From an uncultured bacterium (lineage in GTDB: Bacteria > Pseudomonadota > Gammaproteobacteria > Pseudomonadales > JADFDG01): a stretch of 64,000 nucleotides of DNA. The notes beneath the pieces are model-generated. The model ran no database searches, was not told the origin of the DNA, and saw only the letters and a list, made by a program, of their open reading frames with translations. This document shows positions 24,990 through 41,891 of this stretch, one piece after another. A program made the translations under genes and the position numbers. Numbering within the stretch: the first letter of the stretch is position 1; the number at the start of each line of letters is the position of its first letter. The stretch is taken from contig CBDDRC010000043.1 of assembly GCA_965232985.1 (NCBI GenBank), forward strand, positions 78,091-142,090. The letters run 5' to 3'.

Positions 24990-25751
24990 ATGAAAACAAT
25001 GCGTTTTGTCGCTATTGCGGCCACTTTGGGCAGCCTGCTCGTACTCCTTGGCTGCCGGAGTCCCCTGCAAGGCATGACCGAAGACCATATTTACTACTCG
25101 CCCAAGGCTGCGTACGCCCTCCCTTTGTATCTCAGCCCCTTCCGCGGCCAGGTCACCGTCAGTGAGCGCTGCAGCGCCGCCGGCGGTTCGACCACCTTCT
25201 GGGATGAGCAGGGCCGTTTTTTTCGCATCGACTATCTGCAGATCGACGAGCACCCGATGGCGCAGGCACCGCGGTTTGCCTCCGACCAAACGATGCTCAA
25301 CGCAGTAATGAACAACTATCTGCGCGAAGTCCTGCCTACCGGCAGATCGATCACAGACGTCGACACCATCGCTCGCGACTATCTGAAAGATCGCGAACCG
25401 CGCGCACTGTTCGTCATTCTGAACATGAATATCGATACCACCCGCATCACTGACCGCAAGGGTCCGCTGATTCGCGGCACCTACTACTACGGTTTCCTGC
25501 TGTTCAAACGTGACCAATATATTTACGTGCTACAGCATTACCAACCGGCCCTGATGAAAGACAAGATGCTGCAGGTGCTGTCGCGCATGGCCGACAACAT
25601 GGTGATGCCGGGCAGGGCGCGCTCGGAAACCGAGATTGAGCGGGCACGCGAACGCTGGAACGCGACTATCGCTGCAACCCGCCTCAGCAAAAAACCGGCA
25701 GAAACCGAGGATGAAACCGTGATCACCAACCCGATTCGCCCTTGCGACTAA
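24990..25751 (+). CDS. Lipoprotein, hypothetical
   Basis: In-frame ATG at 24990. MKTMRFVAIAATLGSLLVLLGC is a lipobox. No recognisable family. Confidence 0.6.
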   Translation: MKTMRFVAIAATLGSLLVLLGCRSPLQGMTEDHIYYSPKAAYALPLYLSPFRGQVTVSERCSAAGGSTTFWDEQGRFFRIDYLQIDEHPMAQAPRFASDQTMLNAVMNNYLREVLPTGRSITDVDTIARDYLKDREPRALFVILNMNIDTTRITDRKGPLIRGTYYYGFLLFKRDQYIYVLQHYQPALMKDKMLQVLSRMADNMVMPGRARSETEIERARERWNATIAATRLSKKPAETEDETVITNPIRPCD

Positions 25752-25812
25752 CGTCCCCGGCAAGCATCGTGCTGTCAGTCGGCGTGTATCGAGCTGCACA
25801 CAGGAGCATCAC

Positions 25813-26190
25813 ATGAGCGCACGCCAGGTTTTCTATCTCGCCCTGTCCTGTGCAGGGCTTTTCCTGACCTGGTACCACAACATTGCCTTCATGCAGGCAT
25901 ACGGCAGTGCCTTCGTATTCGGCCCGTTTCTGGACGGCATGTTTGCCAATCACGCCTCGTCGTCCATAAGCTGGGACCTCACCATTGGCTGCACGGCTTT
26001 CATCATCTGGATGCTGCACGAAGCAAAAAGCATCGGCATGAAGCACGTCTGGATCTATGTCGTACTGACGCTGGGTATCGCCTTCGCGTTCGCCGCTCCG
26101 CTTTTCCTGTTCATGCGCGAGCGCCACCTGCTCATGCGTGCGCGCGATGCAACTGCACATATCGTCTCGTCGGCCGCACATAACGGATAA
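25813..26190 (+). CDS. Small polytopic membrane protein (DUF2834-like, by eye)
   Basis: 125 aa with four hydrophobic segments. FYLALSCAGLFLTWYHNIAF ... WDLTIGCTAFIIWMLHEA ... VVLTLGIAFAFAAPLFLF. Confidence 0.55.
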   Translation: MSARQVFYLALSCAGLFLTWYHNIAFMQAYGSAFVFGPFLDGMFANHASSSISWDLTIGCTAFIIWMLHEAKSIGMKHVWIYVVLTLGIAFAFAAPLFLFMRERHLLMRARDATAHIVSSAAHNG

Positions 26191-26198
26191 CCTGCACG

Positions 26199-26894
26199 AT
26201 GCTCCAGAGCGCCAACTCTCTGCCGGTCGTGCCACTGAAGCCGGCACCCTGGGATCTCCAGGGCCAGGGCTGGGTCATCGCCCTGAAACTGCCGGCCAAC
26301 TCATCAGCGCAAAATGCTTTCCTGCCGCCGGAACTTGCTGGCAAAGGCAAGCCCGGACTGTCCCTGTTGATGTTCGTCGACTACGCGCAATCGGCCTGCG
26401 GTCCATACCGCGAACTGTTGTTCATTCCCGGCACCTTTGCGTTCGCCGATGGCCGCCGCCATATGACCATCAGCCGCATCCTCGTTTCGACCTGGGACAG
26501 CGTGGTAAACGGGCGGAAGAACTGGGGCATCCCCAAGGATCGCGCTGATTTCAATGTCGATTACAACGTCAATGGCAGCGGCGAAGACCACATCCAGCTA
26601 CACAATGACGGCCGCAATTTCGTTGAGTTGCGCCTGAAATCGTGGCCACTTTCATTACCCGTACACAGTGGCGTGGTCCCCGCATCGATACGCACGCTGG
26701 CCCAGTGCTTCGGCGATCAGACATTCCTGTATACGCCATCCTCGCATGGCTGGGTTCGCCCTGGCCGCCTGCTGTCGTGGCGCTTCGACGCCACCTTGTT
26801 CCCCGACCTTGCCGAAGCGCGCATCATCGCGGCAATAAAAATTTCCTCGTTCCACATGAGCTTTCCTGTCGCGCAGATACTGCCCGGCAACTGA
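26199..26894 (+). CDS. Acetoacetate decarboxylase-family (ADC-like beta-cone) protein
   Basis: 231 aa. The N-terminal APWDLQGQGWVIAL and GPYRELLFIPG blocks resemble ADC-family proteins. It starts 8 nt after the previous stop. Confidence 0.65.
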   Translation: MLQSANSLPVVPLKPAPWDLQGQGWVIALKLPANSSAQNAFLPPELAGKGKPGLSLLMFVDYAQSACGPYRELLFIPGTFAFADGRRHMTISRILVSTWDSVVNGRKNWGIPKDRADFNVDYNVNGSGEDHIQLHNDGRNFVELRLKSWPLSLPVHSGVVPASIRTLAQCFGDQTFLYTPSSHGWVRPGRLLSWRFDATLFPDLAEARIIAAIKISSFHMSFPVAQILPGN

Positions 26895-26895
26895 T

Positions 26896-27663
26896 ATGCC
26901 ACGCACCCCGATAATCATCGCCCTGATTTCCATACTTGCCGGCAGCGCGCTGTTTGCCCTCGTGCTGTGGTTTGCAACACCACCGCCCCCACCACCCGCA
27001 GTGACGTTGCCAGCACCAACGCAAACCGAGACGCCCGAGCAAATTCGGGAGCGCAAACAGTTGTTCATCGCGCTATTGCTGCCGATCATCCAGGCAGAGA
27101 ACAAGCGCCTGCTGATAGACCGCGTGCGCATCACGCGGATTGAGCAGGAACTTACCGTTAAAGACGACATCAGCCGCGATGATTTCGAGTGGCTAAAAAA
27201 AATGGCCGGTGATTACAACCTCGACCCGGCCGCGCGCCGCAACTCCGAATTTTTCAACTCGTTACGGCGCCGGGTCGATATCCTTCCTGCGGCACTCATC
27301 ATTGCCCAGGCCGCGATCGAGTCCGGCTGGGGACGCGCACAGATCGCCCGGGAGACAAACAATTTCTTCGGCCATTACTGCTACGAAAAGGCCTGCGGCG
27401 CGCCAGCGCCAGGGGCCGGCGACCTGCGCACCTTCAAGACACCTGCCGACAGCGTCCGCGCCTATATGCACAACATCAACAGCCATCCTGCCTATCGTCA
27501 GTTGCGCACACAGCGAGAGAACCTTCGCGTCGCCGGCCAGCCACTTACCGGTAGCACGCTGGCCAATTACCTGACGGCTTACTCGGAGCGCGGCGACGCA
27601 TATATAGCCGACATCCACGCCGTGATTCGTGACAATGTGCTCGATGACTTACCGAATCTCTGA
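26896..27663 (+). CDS. Glucosaminidase-domain (Bax-like) protein with N-terminal membrane anchor
   Basis: 255 aa. It has a TM helix, a Pro-rich linker, then AQAAIESGWGRAQIARETNNFFG (mannosyl-glycoprotein endo-beta-N-acetylglucosaminidase signature). It starts 1 nt after the ADC-like stop. Confidence 0.75.
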   Translation: MPRTPIIIALISILAGSALFALVLWFATPPPPPPAVTLPAPTQTETPEQIRERKQLFIALLLPIIQAENKRLLIDRVRITRIEQELTVKDDISRDDFEWLKKMAGDYNLDPAARRNSEFFNSLRRRVDILPAALIIAQAAIESGWGRAQIARETNNFFGHYCYEKACGAPAPGAGDLRTFKTPADSVRAYMHNINSHPAYRQLRTQRENLRVAGQPLTGSTLANYLTAYSERGDAYIADIHAVIRDNVLDDLPNL

Positions 27664-27688
27664 GAATGGATCAAGAGGATCAAACGAT

Positions 27689-28138
27689 ATGTCTATCACC
27701 AACGAACAACTACGCTCCATGGCTGCGAAGGGCATCCCTTTCGTTGCCAATACCGGCCTTGAAGTTGAGGTGCTCGAAAAGGGCTATGTGAAGATGCGCA
27801 TGCCGTTCGCGCCCAACAAGAATCATGTGGGCACGATGTACGCCGGCGCACTGTTCACGCTCGCCGAACTGCCGGGAGGGTCGATCTTCATGTCTTCGTT
27901 CGACACCAGCCGTTTCTATCCGATTGTGCGTGACATGAGCATCCGCTTCCGCCGCCCGGTAACCACTGACGTGTGGGTCGAAGTCAGAGTAAGCGACGAG
28001 TTTGTGCAGAAAGTGCAGGCCGAAGCCGAAGCCAACGGCAAGGCCGACTACGAATGGGAGTGCGAAATAAAAGACGCCAACGGCACAGTGGTGGCGATTA
28101 CGAAGAACATCTACCAGTTGCGCAAGATCGGCAGCTGA
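27689..28138 (+). CDS. Hot-dog fold thioesterase (PaaI / YiiD C-terminal, DUF4442-like)
   Basis: ATG 27689 is preceded by AAGAGGA. NTGLEVEVLEKGYVKMRMPFAPNKNHVGTMYAGALFTLAELPGG is the typical pattern. Confidence 0.7.
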   Translation: MSITNEQLRSMAAKGIPFVANTGLEVEVLEKGYVKMRMPFAPNKNHVGTMYAGALFTLAELPGGSIFMSSFDTSRFYPIVRDMSIRFRRPVTTDVWVEVRVSDEFVQKVQAEAEANGKADYEWECEIKDANGTVVAITKNIYQLRKIGS

Positions 28139-28173
28139 GTAGCGCCGGGAAACAACTCGCCATAGCAGAAAAG

Positions 28174-30679
<2,506 letters not shown>

Positions 30680-30694
30680 TCAGCTCCTGTGGCC

Positions 30695-35152
<4,458 letters not shown>

Positions 35153-35243
35153 CGACCCTTCCTCAGTTGAATCAAAAGGTTATAAACAAAGTTGCAGCAG
35201 CAACGCGACAGGCCGGACAAGGCTTCCGGCCAAAAGGGGCCAC

Positions 35244-35271
35244 ATTCTACATGAGGGGGGAGGGGGAACAA
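35244..35271 (-). promoter_or_regulatory. Candidate sigma70 promoter for gltBD
   Basis: The minus strand reads TTGTTC - 16 nt - TAGAAT, about 90 nt upstream of the gltB ATG. This is a pattern match only. Confidence 0.25.
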
Positions 35272-35328
35272 AGGCCTGTGCCGGCAGGGGATCAGCTGCC
35301 ATCGCCTTGCGCGGAAGATGCGCCCGGA

Positions 35329-36708
35329 TCACTCCTTGCGGCGACGCAATTCGTCCTGAATCCCCTGCAGGCTGCGCGGCCAGGGCTTGAGCTTTACCAG
35401 ATCGGCCGGCAGCTTTGCGGCCGCCTTCTTTGCCGCTTCCTTGTTGCGATATGCACCAGTAACCGCTACGTACCAAGGCAAATCCTCGCGGACCGTCCGG
35501 AACGTTTTGACCTCAAGCCCGGCATGACGGGCCTTGAACTGCTGCACTGCGTCTTCGTTGAAGCTGGCGAACAACTGCAGCGTAAAGCGGGCAGTTTTCT
35601 CCTTCAGTAGCGCCGCTTCGTCTGCCGAAAATTTCCTGCCGACGTTTTGCGGATCGCGCACCGGCCCGGGAACCGGAACGGCCTCATGCATAACGACGAC
35701 TTCCGGTGTCGTTGTCTGCGCCGGCAGCGGCGCCATGCTGGCGGCGGGCCTGCTCAATCCCGACTCGCTGGCAACCATGGGTTGCGGCACGGCGACGGCG
35801 GCTGCCCGCGTTGCCGGCACCACGCCGTGGCCACGGTCGGTTGTGACTTCATTTGGTGGCGGCAGCGGCACCGGAATTTCAGCCGTTGCAGCCACAGAAC
35901 CCTGCTTTGACTCCGGCTGGCTGCGCGCCAGCAGTAACCACAGCAGTAACACGACAGCCAGCAACGTGAACGCCAGATGCCAGACAGGAAAACCTGCCGG
36001 CAACAATCCGGTACGCGTTGCGGCGCCGGATTGCAGCAATTCGGCCAGCTTGCCTGGCATGCCGCCAGCCTGGCGATGGAGACGCGCCATCGCACGATGG
36101 GAAGGCAACTCATCTTCGTCGCCTACGGCCAGCCAGGCCGCAACAAACTCTTCGGTCTCATCCTCAGTGAACGGCCGCAAGGTAACCGTTGTAAATCCAG
36201 ACGCCGAATTCAGTAGCGTCGGCAGGCTGTCATCGCCGGCGAGCACCAGCGGCATCGCCGCCTCCTGACACAGCGCCAGCAGTCCCGCGCATGCCTCCAC
36301 ACCCAACGTATGCGCATCATCGACAATGATGACCGGCGAGCGACCGCTTGCACGGATCATCGACAAGCGTTCAAGCAGCGCGGGTCGTGCACTGCCCGCA
36401 TGGGTGTCTTGCCTCTGGAGGGCATCGTCTTCGTGATCGGCAACCCGGTTGCGTTGGTCGGAAAGACTCGCCGCGAGACCAATAAAGCACTGCTCGGCGC
36501 TCATCAGAATATTGCCGGTGATCACACCCAACGCCAGGACGCCCGGATCGGCCTGGCGACAGAATTGCTCCACCAGAACGCTGCGCCCGCAGCCAGAGGC
36601 ACCAATGAGCAGTACCACCGCCTGAACACGATGCACCCGCTCGAACAACGTATCCAGCGCCGCCTGGCGAGCACCTCCTTGGTAAAAAAATCCCCCTACG
36701 TCAATCAT
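35329..36708 (-). CDS. AAA(ExeA-like)-SPOR domain protein (DamX-position homologue)
   Basis: 459 aa. The N-terminal P-loop-like segment is [13 protein letters not shown], with IIVDDAH as Walker B. It has a central TM helix and Pro-rich linker. The C-terminal SPOR domain is [17 protein letters not shown]...[18 protein letters not shown]. It occupies the damX slot after aroB and overlaps the aroB stop by 4 nt. Confidence 0.75.
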   Translation of the reverse strand: MIDVGGFFYQGGARQAALDTLFERVHRVQAVVLLIGASGCGRSVLVEQFCRQADPGVLALGVITGNILMSAEQCFIGLAASLSDQRNRVADHEDDALQRQDTHAGSARPALLERLSMIRASGRSPVIIVDDAHTLGVEACAGLLALCQEAAMPLVLAGDDSLPTLLNSASGFTTVTLRPFTEDETEEFVAAWLAVGDEDELPSHRAMARLHRQAGGMPGKLAELLQSGAATRTGLLPAGFPVWHLAFTLLAVVLLLWLLLARSQPESKQGSVAATAEIPVPLPPPNEVTTDRGHGVVPATRAAAVAVPQPMVASESGLSRPAASMAPLPAQTTTPEVVVMHEAVPVPGPVRDPQNVGRKFSADEAALLKEKTARFTLQLFASFNEDAVQQFKARHAGLEVKTFRTVREDLPWYVAVTGAYRNKEAAKKAAAKLPADLVKLKPWPRSLQGIQDELRRRKE

Positions 36709-37808
36709 GTCAGCGCATCTCCCGCAGATGCCAGGCAGGTGACGAGCGTTTCCTGCAGCAATGAAGGCGAAAAATCGTCGGTCACAACCGCGTCACCAAT
36801 CCCGCGCAGCAGCACCAGACGGATTTTGCCATGCACATTTTTCTTGTCGACCTGCATGTGCCCAAGGAAATCCTGCGCATTCAGTGTTGGCGGCCGTACC
36901 GGCAGCGCGGCGCGCAGCAAAAGTGATTCGACACGCAACCTGTCGCTGCTGGACAACCAACCCAGGCGAACACAGAGGTCGGCAGCCATCGCCATTCCCG
37001 CCGCAACCGCCTCACCATGCAGCCAAACTCCGTACCCGCAGCCAGTCTCAATGGCGTGACCGAAGGTATGTCCGAAATTCAATGTGGCGCGAACGCCGTG
37101 TTCGCGCTCATCAGCAGCAACCACCTCGGCCTTGTTTCGACAAGATCGTTCGATGGCCTCGACGAGTACACCCGCATCACGAGCCATCAGCGCACCCATA
37201 TTCGATTCGAGCCAGGCGAAAAAAACCGGATCGCGTATCAAGCCGTACTTTATGACCTCGGCAATGCCGGCGCTGAATTCACGGTCTGGCAAGGTTCGCA
37301 ACGTCTCCACATCGATAATGACGGCACGCGGCTGGTGGAATGCACCAATCATGTTCTTGCCGCGCAGATGATTAACGCCGGTCTTGCCGCCAACCGAGGA
37401 ATCGACCTGTGCGAGCAGGGTCGTCGGCACTTGAATGAAATCAACACCACGCTGATAACAGGCTGCCGCGAAACCGGCCATATCACCGACCACACCACCG
37501 CCAAGTGCAACCAACGTTGTGCTGCGGTTATGGCGTCGCGTCAGCAACGCATCAAAGATATGATCCAGGCAGGCGAGCGTTTTGTGTTCCTCGCCATCGG
37601 GCAGGACAACGACATCTACCTGGCGGCCTGCGCCTGCCAGCGTCGCCTGCAGGCGCTCAAGATAAATCGGTGCGATGCACGTATTGGTGACGACCATGAC
37701 CTGCCGACCGGCGATGCCGGGCGCAAAAAGCAATGCGTCGTCAAGCAGGCCGCTACCGATATGGATGGGATAGGAGCGGCCGCCAAGGCCAACAGTCAGG
37801 GTCTTCAC
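36705..37808 (-). CDS. aroB: 3-dehydroquinate synthase
   Basis: 367 aa. It has [25 protein letters not shown] and HGEAVAAGM motifs. Confidence 0.95.
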   Translation of the reverse strand: MKTLTVGLGGRSYPIHIGSGLLDDALLFAPGIAGRQVMVVTNTCIAPIYLERLQATLAGAGRQVDVVVLPDGEEHKTLACLDHIFDALLTRRHNRSTTLVALGGGVVGDMAGFAAACYQRGVDFIQVPTTLLAQVDSSVGGKTGVNHLRGKNMIGAFHQPRAVIIDVETLRTLPDREFSAGIAEVIKYGLIRDPVFFAWLESNMGALMARDAGVLVEAIERSCRNKAEVVAADEREHGVRATLNFGHTFGHAIETGCGYGVWLHGEAVAAGMAMAADLCVRLGWLSSSDRLRVESLLLRAALPVRPPTLNAQDFLGHMQVDKKNVHGKIRLVLLRGIGDAVVTDDFSPSLLQETLVTCLASAGDALT

Positions 37809-37842
37809 TTATGTCAGGAAAGTCCCGGGAAAGGGGCGGCTA

Positions 37843-38370
37843 TTATCCAGCCGTCCTGCCAGGCAGACAACTGACGATGGCGTGCACGGCCTCGCGCACG
37901 TTGCCAGCGTTGGTATTCACTTCCAGATGGGCAACTTCACGGTAGAGCGCTTCGCGCTCAGCGAGCAGGCGCTCGAACACACCACGAGGATTATCGGTAC
38001 GCAACAGCGGGCGGTTGCGATCACGCGCCGTGCGCGCCAGCAGGTGATCGATATCGGCGCACAGGTAGACAGCAAAGCCCCGCTCATGCAGAGCCGCGCG
38101 ATTCTCGGCACGCAACACAGCCCCGCCACCGGTCGCCAGCACAATATCCGGGCGGCGGGTCAGATCATCAATTACCTGGGATTCGCGGCGCCGAAAGCCG
38201 TCTTCGCCCTCGACCTGGAATATCCACGGAATATCGGCACCGGTACGCGCCTCTATCTCGTGATCGGAATCCACAAAGGTGTACCCCAACGCAGCCGCCA
38301 ACTGGCGGCCCACGGTGGTCTTGCCCGCCCCCATGGGTCCTACCAGAAAAATACCGGAATGATCCTCCAT
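37843..38370 (-). CDS. aroK: Shikimate kinase
   Basis: 175 aa. IFLVGPMGAGKTTVGRQLA is the P-loop, and GGGAV is the lid motif. Confidence 0.95.
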   Translation of the reverse strand: MEDHSGIFLVGPMGAGKTTVGRQLAAALGYTFVDSDHEIEARTGADIPWIFQVEGEDGFRRRESQVIDDLTRRPDIVLATGGGAVLRAENRAALHERGFAVYLCADIDHLLARTARDRNRPLLRTDNPRGVFERLLAEREALYREVAHLEVNTNAGNVREAVHAIVSCLPGRTAG

Positions 38371-38400
38371 TCGTCGTTGCGCAAGCGCAGGCGCCCCGGA

Positions 38401-40563
38401 TCAACCCTGGGACGCCAGATCCTTGACAATCTTCGGCGTAATGAAGATCAGCAACTCGGCTTTCTCATCCGTACGAACATCTTTCCGGAAGAGACGACCA
38501 ATGAATGGCAAATCACCCAGAAATGGCGTCTTGATCGTTGCATTGACGCTTTCCGTCTTGAAAATACCGCCCAGAACCACGGTATCGCCATCATTGACCA
38601 GCACAACAGTCTCTACCCTGTTGGTGTTGATCACAGGAATGTTGGTCGATGTGATCTCCCCAACCGAATCACTGTTGACCTTGAGGTTCATGATCACCTT
38701 GCCATCCGGCGTAATCTGCGGCTTGACCCGCAGGCGCAATTCCGCGTCTTTGAAAGAGGTGGAGGTAGCGCCGCTCGAAGATGCTTCGAAGTAGGGAATC
38801 TGTGTGCCGGATGCAATGAGTGCTTCCTGTTTGTCGGTGGTCAGCACCTTCGGTGTGGCGACGATCTCACCATGCCCGTCGCTGGCGAGCGCGGAAAGCT
38901 CCATTTCGAGCAGGCCGGAATCAAGATTGATCATACCCAGCGAGAATCTTGAGGCACCGACAGAGGAAACACCCATATCGGCCACGAGTGCATCCGGGAT
39001 GGTCACCGTAGTGCCTGTGGATCCGTTGAGCAGATCCGTAGCAGCAACAGTCGCCTGCTTCAGGCCACCGGTCACCACCGAACCATTCTGCTTGCCAATA
39101 CCACTCAAACCAACAACCCCCCATCGCACTCCCAACTCCTTCGCGAAACTGGTGGTGGCAAGCACGATGCGCGCCTCGATCAGCACTTGACGTACCGGGA
39201 TATCGATGCGAGCAATGACTTCGCGGATATCCTCAAGCTTGCTGGACGTTTCGACGATGATCAGCGTATTGGTGCGCTCATCAACGGAGACCGAGCCACG
39301 CGAAGACAGAATGCTCTTGTCTGAGGTTAGCAGTTTGGCAACCGCCGTCGCCGTTGCATAGTTGATCTGCACAAACTCCGAGCGCAGTGGCGCCAGCGCC
39401 TCGGCTTGCTGGTAAGCCTCCAGCTCCAAGCGCTCCCGCGCGGAAATTTCGTCGGCCGGGGCAACCAGCAACACATTGCCGATCTGCCGCTTGTCGAGAC
39501 CTTTGGTCTTCAAAACGAGATCCAGCGCCTGGTCCCACGGTACATTCTGCAGACGCAACGTAATGCGGCCACTGACCGTGTCGGATGCCACGAGATTCAA
39601 CGAGGTGAAGTCTGCAATCAACTGCAGGACGCTACGCACCTCGATGTCCTGGAAGTTGAGCGAAAGCTTCTCGCCGCTGTACATGAAATTATCTTTCTGC
39701 CGCTTCTGCGCATCGCCTGGACCGACAGCCTTTACACCGATGATCATTTCCTTGTCTGCCTGGTAGGCGAGGAAATCAAACTGCCCCTTGGGCTGAATGA
39801 CCATCACGATATTGTCACCCGCCGTGGAGGTGACAATACTGGTGACCGCCGTGGCGAAATCGGTGACATCGAGCTTGCGCCGCAGACTTTCCGGCAATGT
39901 CGCCGACATGAATTCGGCAATGATCCGACCACCATCCAGGCGAACATCAACAGGGATCGCTGCGGAAGACATGCTGACAACGATCTGGCCTTCGCCATCG
40001 GGCGTGCGGCGGAAGTCAATGCCGTCAATGCCACGACCTTTGACCGTGGCCTTAAGACCCGACTGCCCTGCTGTATTGTTTGCGACGACAGCGCCGTCAG
40101 TTACCGGAGCCACGGCGGCAACCGCTTCGGCCTGACTTTGCGTCTGGTCACCAATCGTGACGACGAGCGTATTGCCCTCAACCCGGGTGTTGTAACCCAC
40201 CAGCTCATTGAGATTGATGATTACGCGTATACGATCACGCGCCTCAACGACGGTCATGCTACGCGCATTGCCCGTACCCAGATTATGGTGCTTGCTTTCG
40301 AGCTGACTCTTTGCCCCGACGATGTCCAGCGCAATACGGGCCGGCTTTTCGATCTGGTAGCCGGTCGGCGCAGGCGGCGCACCCGTGAAGCCAAGACGGA
40401 TCTCCATCTGGTTGCCGGGCAACGCAGCAAACTCCAGTTTGTCTACGGCCAAATCATCTGCCACGGCGAAGCCGCAGAAAAACACGGCCATCCACAACAG
40501 CAAAGTCTTTGTCGTTATTTTCATGGCAACACCCGCACCTCGAAACATGCATCCGGTTTTCAT
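38401..40563 (-). CDS. pilQ: Type IV pilus secretin
   Basis: AMIN repeats, N0/N1 domains and a C-terminal secretin domain (VLVNDGDTVVLGGI...PFLGDLPFIGRLF). ATG 40563 is preferred (AGAGGA N6 ATG). Alternatives are GTG 40584 and ATG 40524. Confidence 0.9.
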   Translation of the reverse strand: MKTGCMFRGAGVAMKITTKTLLLWMAVFFCGFAVADDLAVDKLEFAALPGNQMEIRLGFTGAPPAPTGYQIEKPARIALDIVGAKSQLESKHHNLGTGNARSMTVVEARDRIRVIINLNELVGYNTRVEGNTLVVTIGDQTQSQAEAVAAVAPVTDGAVVANNTAGQSGLKATVKGRGIDGIDFRRTPDGEGQIVVSMSSAAIPVDVRLDGGRIIAEFMSATLPESLRRKLDVTDFATAVTSIVTSTAGDNIVMVIQPKGQFDFLAYQADKEMIIGVKAVGPGDAQKRQKDNFMYSGEKLSLNFQDIEVRSVLQLIADFTSLNLVASDTVSGRITLRLQNVPWDQALDLVLKTKGLDKRQIGNVLLVAPADEISARERLELEAYQQAEALAPLRSEFVQINYATATAVAKLLTSDKSILSSRGSVSVDERTNTLIIVETSSKLEDIREVIARIDIPVRQVLIEARIVLATTSFAKELGVRWGVVGLSGIGKQNGSVVTGGLKQATVAATDLLNGSTGTTVTIPDALVADMGVSSVGASRFSLGMINLDSGLLEMELSALASDGHGEIVATPKVLTTDKQEALIASGTQIPYFEASSSGATSTSFKDAELRLRVKPQITPDGKVIMNLKVNSDSVGEITSTNIPVINTNRVETVVLVNDGDTVVLGGIFKTESVNATIKTPFLGDLPFIGRLFRKDVRTDEKAELLIFITPKIVKDLASQG

Positions 40564-40580
40564 GCGCAATCCTCTGGATG

Positions 40581-41159
40581 TCACTCGCCTTCCACGCGGA
40601 TCGTGCGCGGTCGCTCAACCCAGCCGTCGTGACCATCGGGAACAATTTCCATCACCGCAACCTTTGTATCTTCCACTGCAGCAACACGACCGAAGTTCTT
40701 GCCCAGATAATTACCGATACGCACACGGTGCACGCCACCCTCGGTGTCCTGTACCAAGGCCTCCAGCGCACCGCCTGGCCTGGAGATTGTACCAACCATC
40801 TTCAGGCCCTCGATGTTAAACCCTTCCAGGTACTCCTTGGGGCGGGTCAGATCCGGCGCGATAGTCTTGCTTTCCGTTTCAGGCAATAGCGCTTCGTCCA
40901 TTGGCGGCATGAACGGGCTACGCAACTTGTGCGCCGCGTAGGTGAACGTGGGCTGCGCCTTGAACTCGGGCGGGGGCTGGATCGCTCCTCGCGGACGCTG
41001 ACGAATTTCGTCCAGCGTCTTCTTCAAATCAGAAAACTCCTGCTTCGAACTGCAACCAGACAACCCGAAAGTGATTACCAGACACACAGCCAGAACAAAG
41101 GTCGCACGCATGCGCTCACTCGTCTTGTTATGCGGCTTGCCGTCGTGTGTGATCTTCAT
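40581..41159 (-). CDS. pilP: Type IV pilus assembly lipoprotein
   Basis: It has the lipobox FGLSGC and the conserved C-terminal beta-domain (VGTISRPGGALEALVQD..GGVHRVRIGNYLG). An alternative start is ATG 41111 (MRATFVL). Confidence 0.8.
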   Translation of the reverse strand: MKITHDGKPHNKTSERMRATFVLAVCLVITFGLSGCSSKQEFSDLKKTLDEIRQRPRGAIQPPPEFKAQPTFTYAAHKLRSPFMPPMDEALLPETESKTIAPDLTRPKEYLEGFNIEGLKMVGTISRPGGALEALVQDTEGGVHRVRIGNYLGKNFGRVAAVEDTKVAVMEIVPDGHDGWVERPRTIRVEGE

Positions 41160-41164
41160 GATTC

Positions 41165-41881
41165 TTAACCTTTCTTGCCTTTCTTGCCCTTCTTGTCTCC
41201 GGCCACGTCTTCCGGCGCCTCTGCCTCGTCGCTGTAGCGATAGGTCTTCGCCGTGATGGACATTTCGAGCAATCTCGGGCCTCGCTGGTTGTCCGCATCC
41301 TTGCCTTTCCTGCCTTTGGCGCCTGCCGAGGACTTGGCCTCAACGATGGAAAAGTTGTCGAGGGTTACGATGCGCGGCAACGACGCCACACCACTGACGA
41401 ACGCACCAAACCCGTGATAATCACCCTTGACCTTGATGTTGATGGGAAGCTCCGCATAGAACTCCTTGCGCGCTTCCACGCCCAGATCAATGGTTTCAAA
41501 TTCAAGGCCACTACCAAGACCAGTGTGAGTGATGTCCTCAAGCAAGCTCGGCACCTCGGTGTCTTTTGGTAGCTGCCGCAACAACGCGCCAAAAGCTTCT
41601 TCCATGTCGGCCAATTGCTTCTTGTAGGCATCAAGATTCATGGCCTTGAACGCCTTTTCTTCGTAATCCCTCAGCAGCGAGGCCTCCTTTTTCTGCTCTA
41701 CCTCAACCTGCGCGTTCAGTTTGGTGACGAAGAGCGTATAGCCTGAACCGAGCACAATAGCGAAAGCAGCGGCATAGACAGTCGCTTTGACGACGGCCGG
41801 CCAGCTGCCCGGATTGTTCCAGTTGACTCCCGTAAAGGAAGCCGTGAGCTGCTGGAACTTTGCATTCACATCCATCGGCAT
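41165..41881 (-). CDS. pilO: Type IV pilus assembly protein PilO, with an unusual Lys/Gly-rich C-terminal tail
   Basis: Start at MPMDVNAKFQQL (ATG 41881). It has a TM helix, a coiled coil and a ferredoxin-like core (ELPINIKVKGDYHGFGAFVSGVASLPRIVTL). The tail is ..DVAGDKKGKKGKKG. Confidence 0.85.
   Translation of the reverse strand: MPMDVNAKFQQLTASFTGVNWNNPGSWPAVVKATVYAAAFAIVLGSGYTLFVTKLNAQVEVEQKKEASLLRDYEEKAFKAMNLDAYKKQLADMEEAFGALLRQLPKDTEVPSLLEDITHTGLGSGLEFETIDLGVEARKEFYAELPINIKVKGDYHGFGAFVSGVASLPRIVTLDNFSIVEAKSSAGAKGRKGKDADNQRGPRLLEMSITAKTYRYSDEAEAPEDVAGDKKGKKGKKG
41169..41195 (-). repeat. 3 x 9-bp tandem repeat encoding the (K)KGK tail of PilO
   Basis: The plus strand reads CCTTTCTTG CCTTTCTTG CCCTTCTTG. 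Confidence 0.6.
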
Positions 41882-41891
41882 CGCTCCTCGC

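Noticed and set aside
37882-40632. '+' ORFs 37882..38952 and 39406..40632
   Set aside because: They are antisense to aroK and pilQ, and are shadow ORFs.
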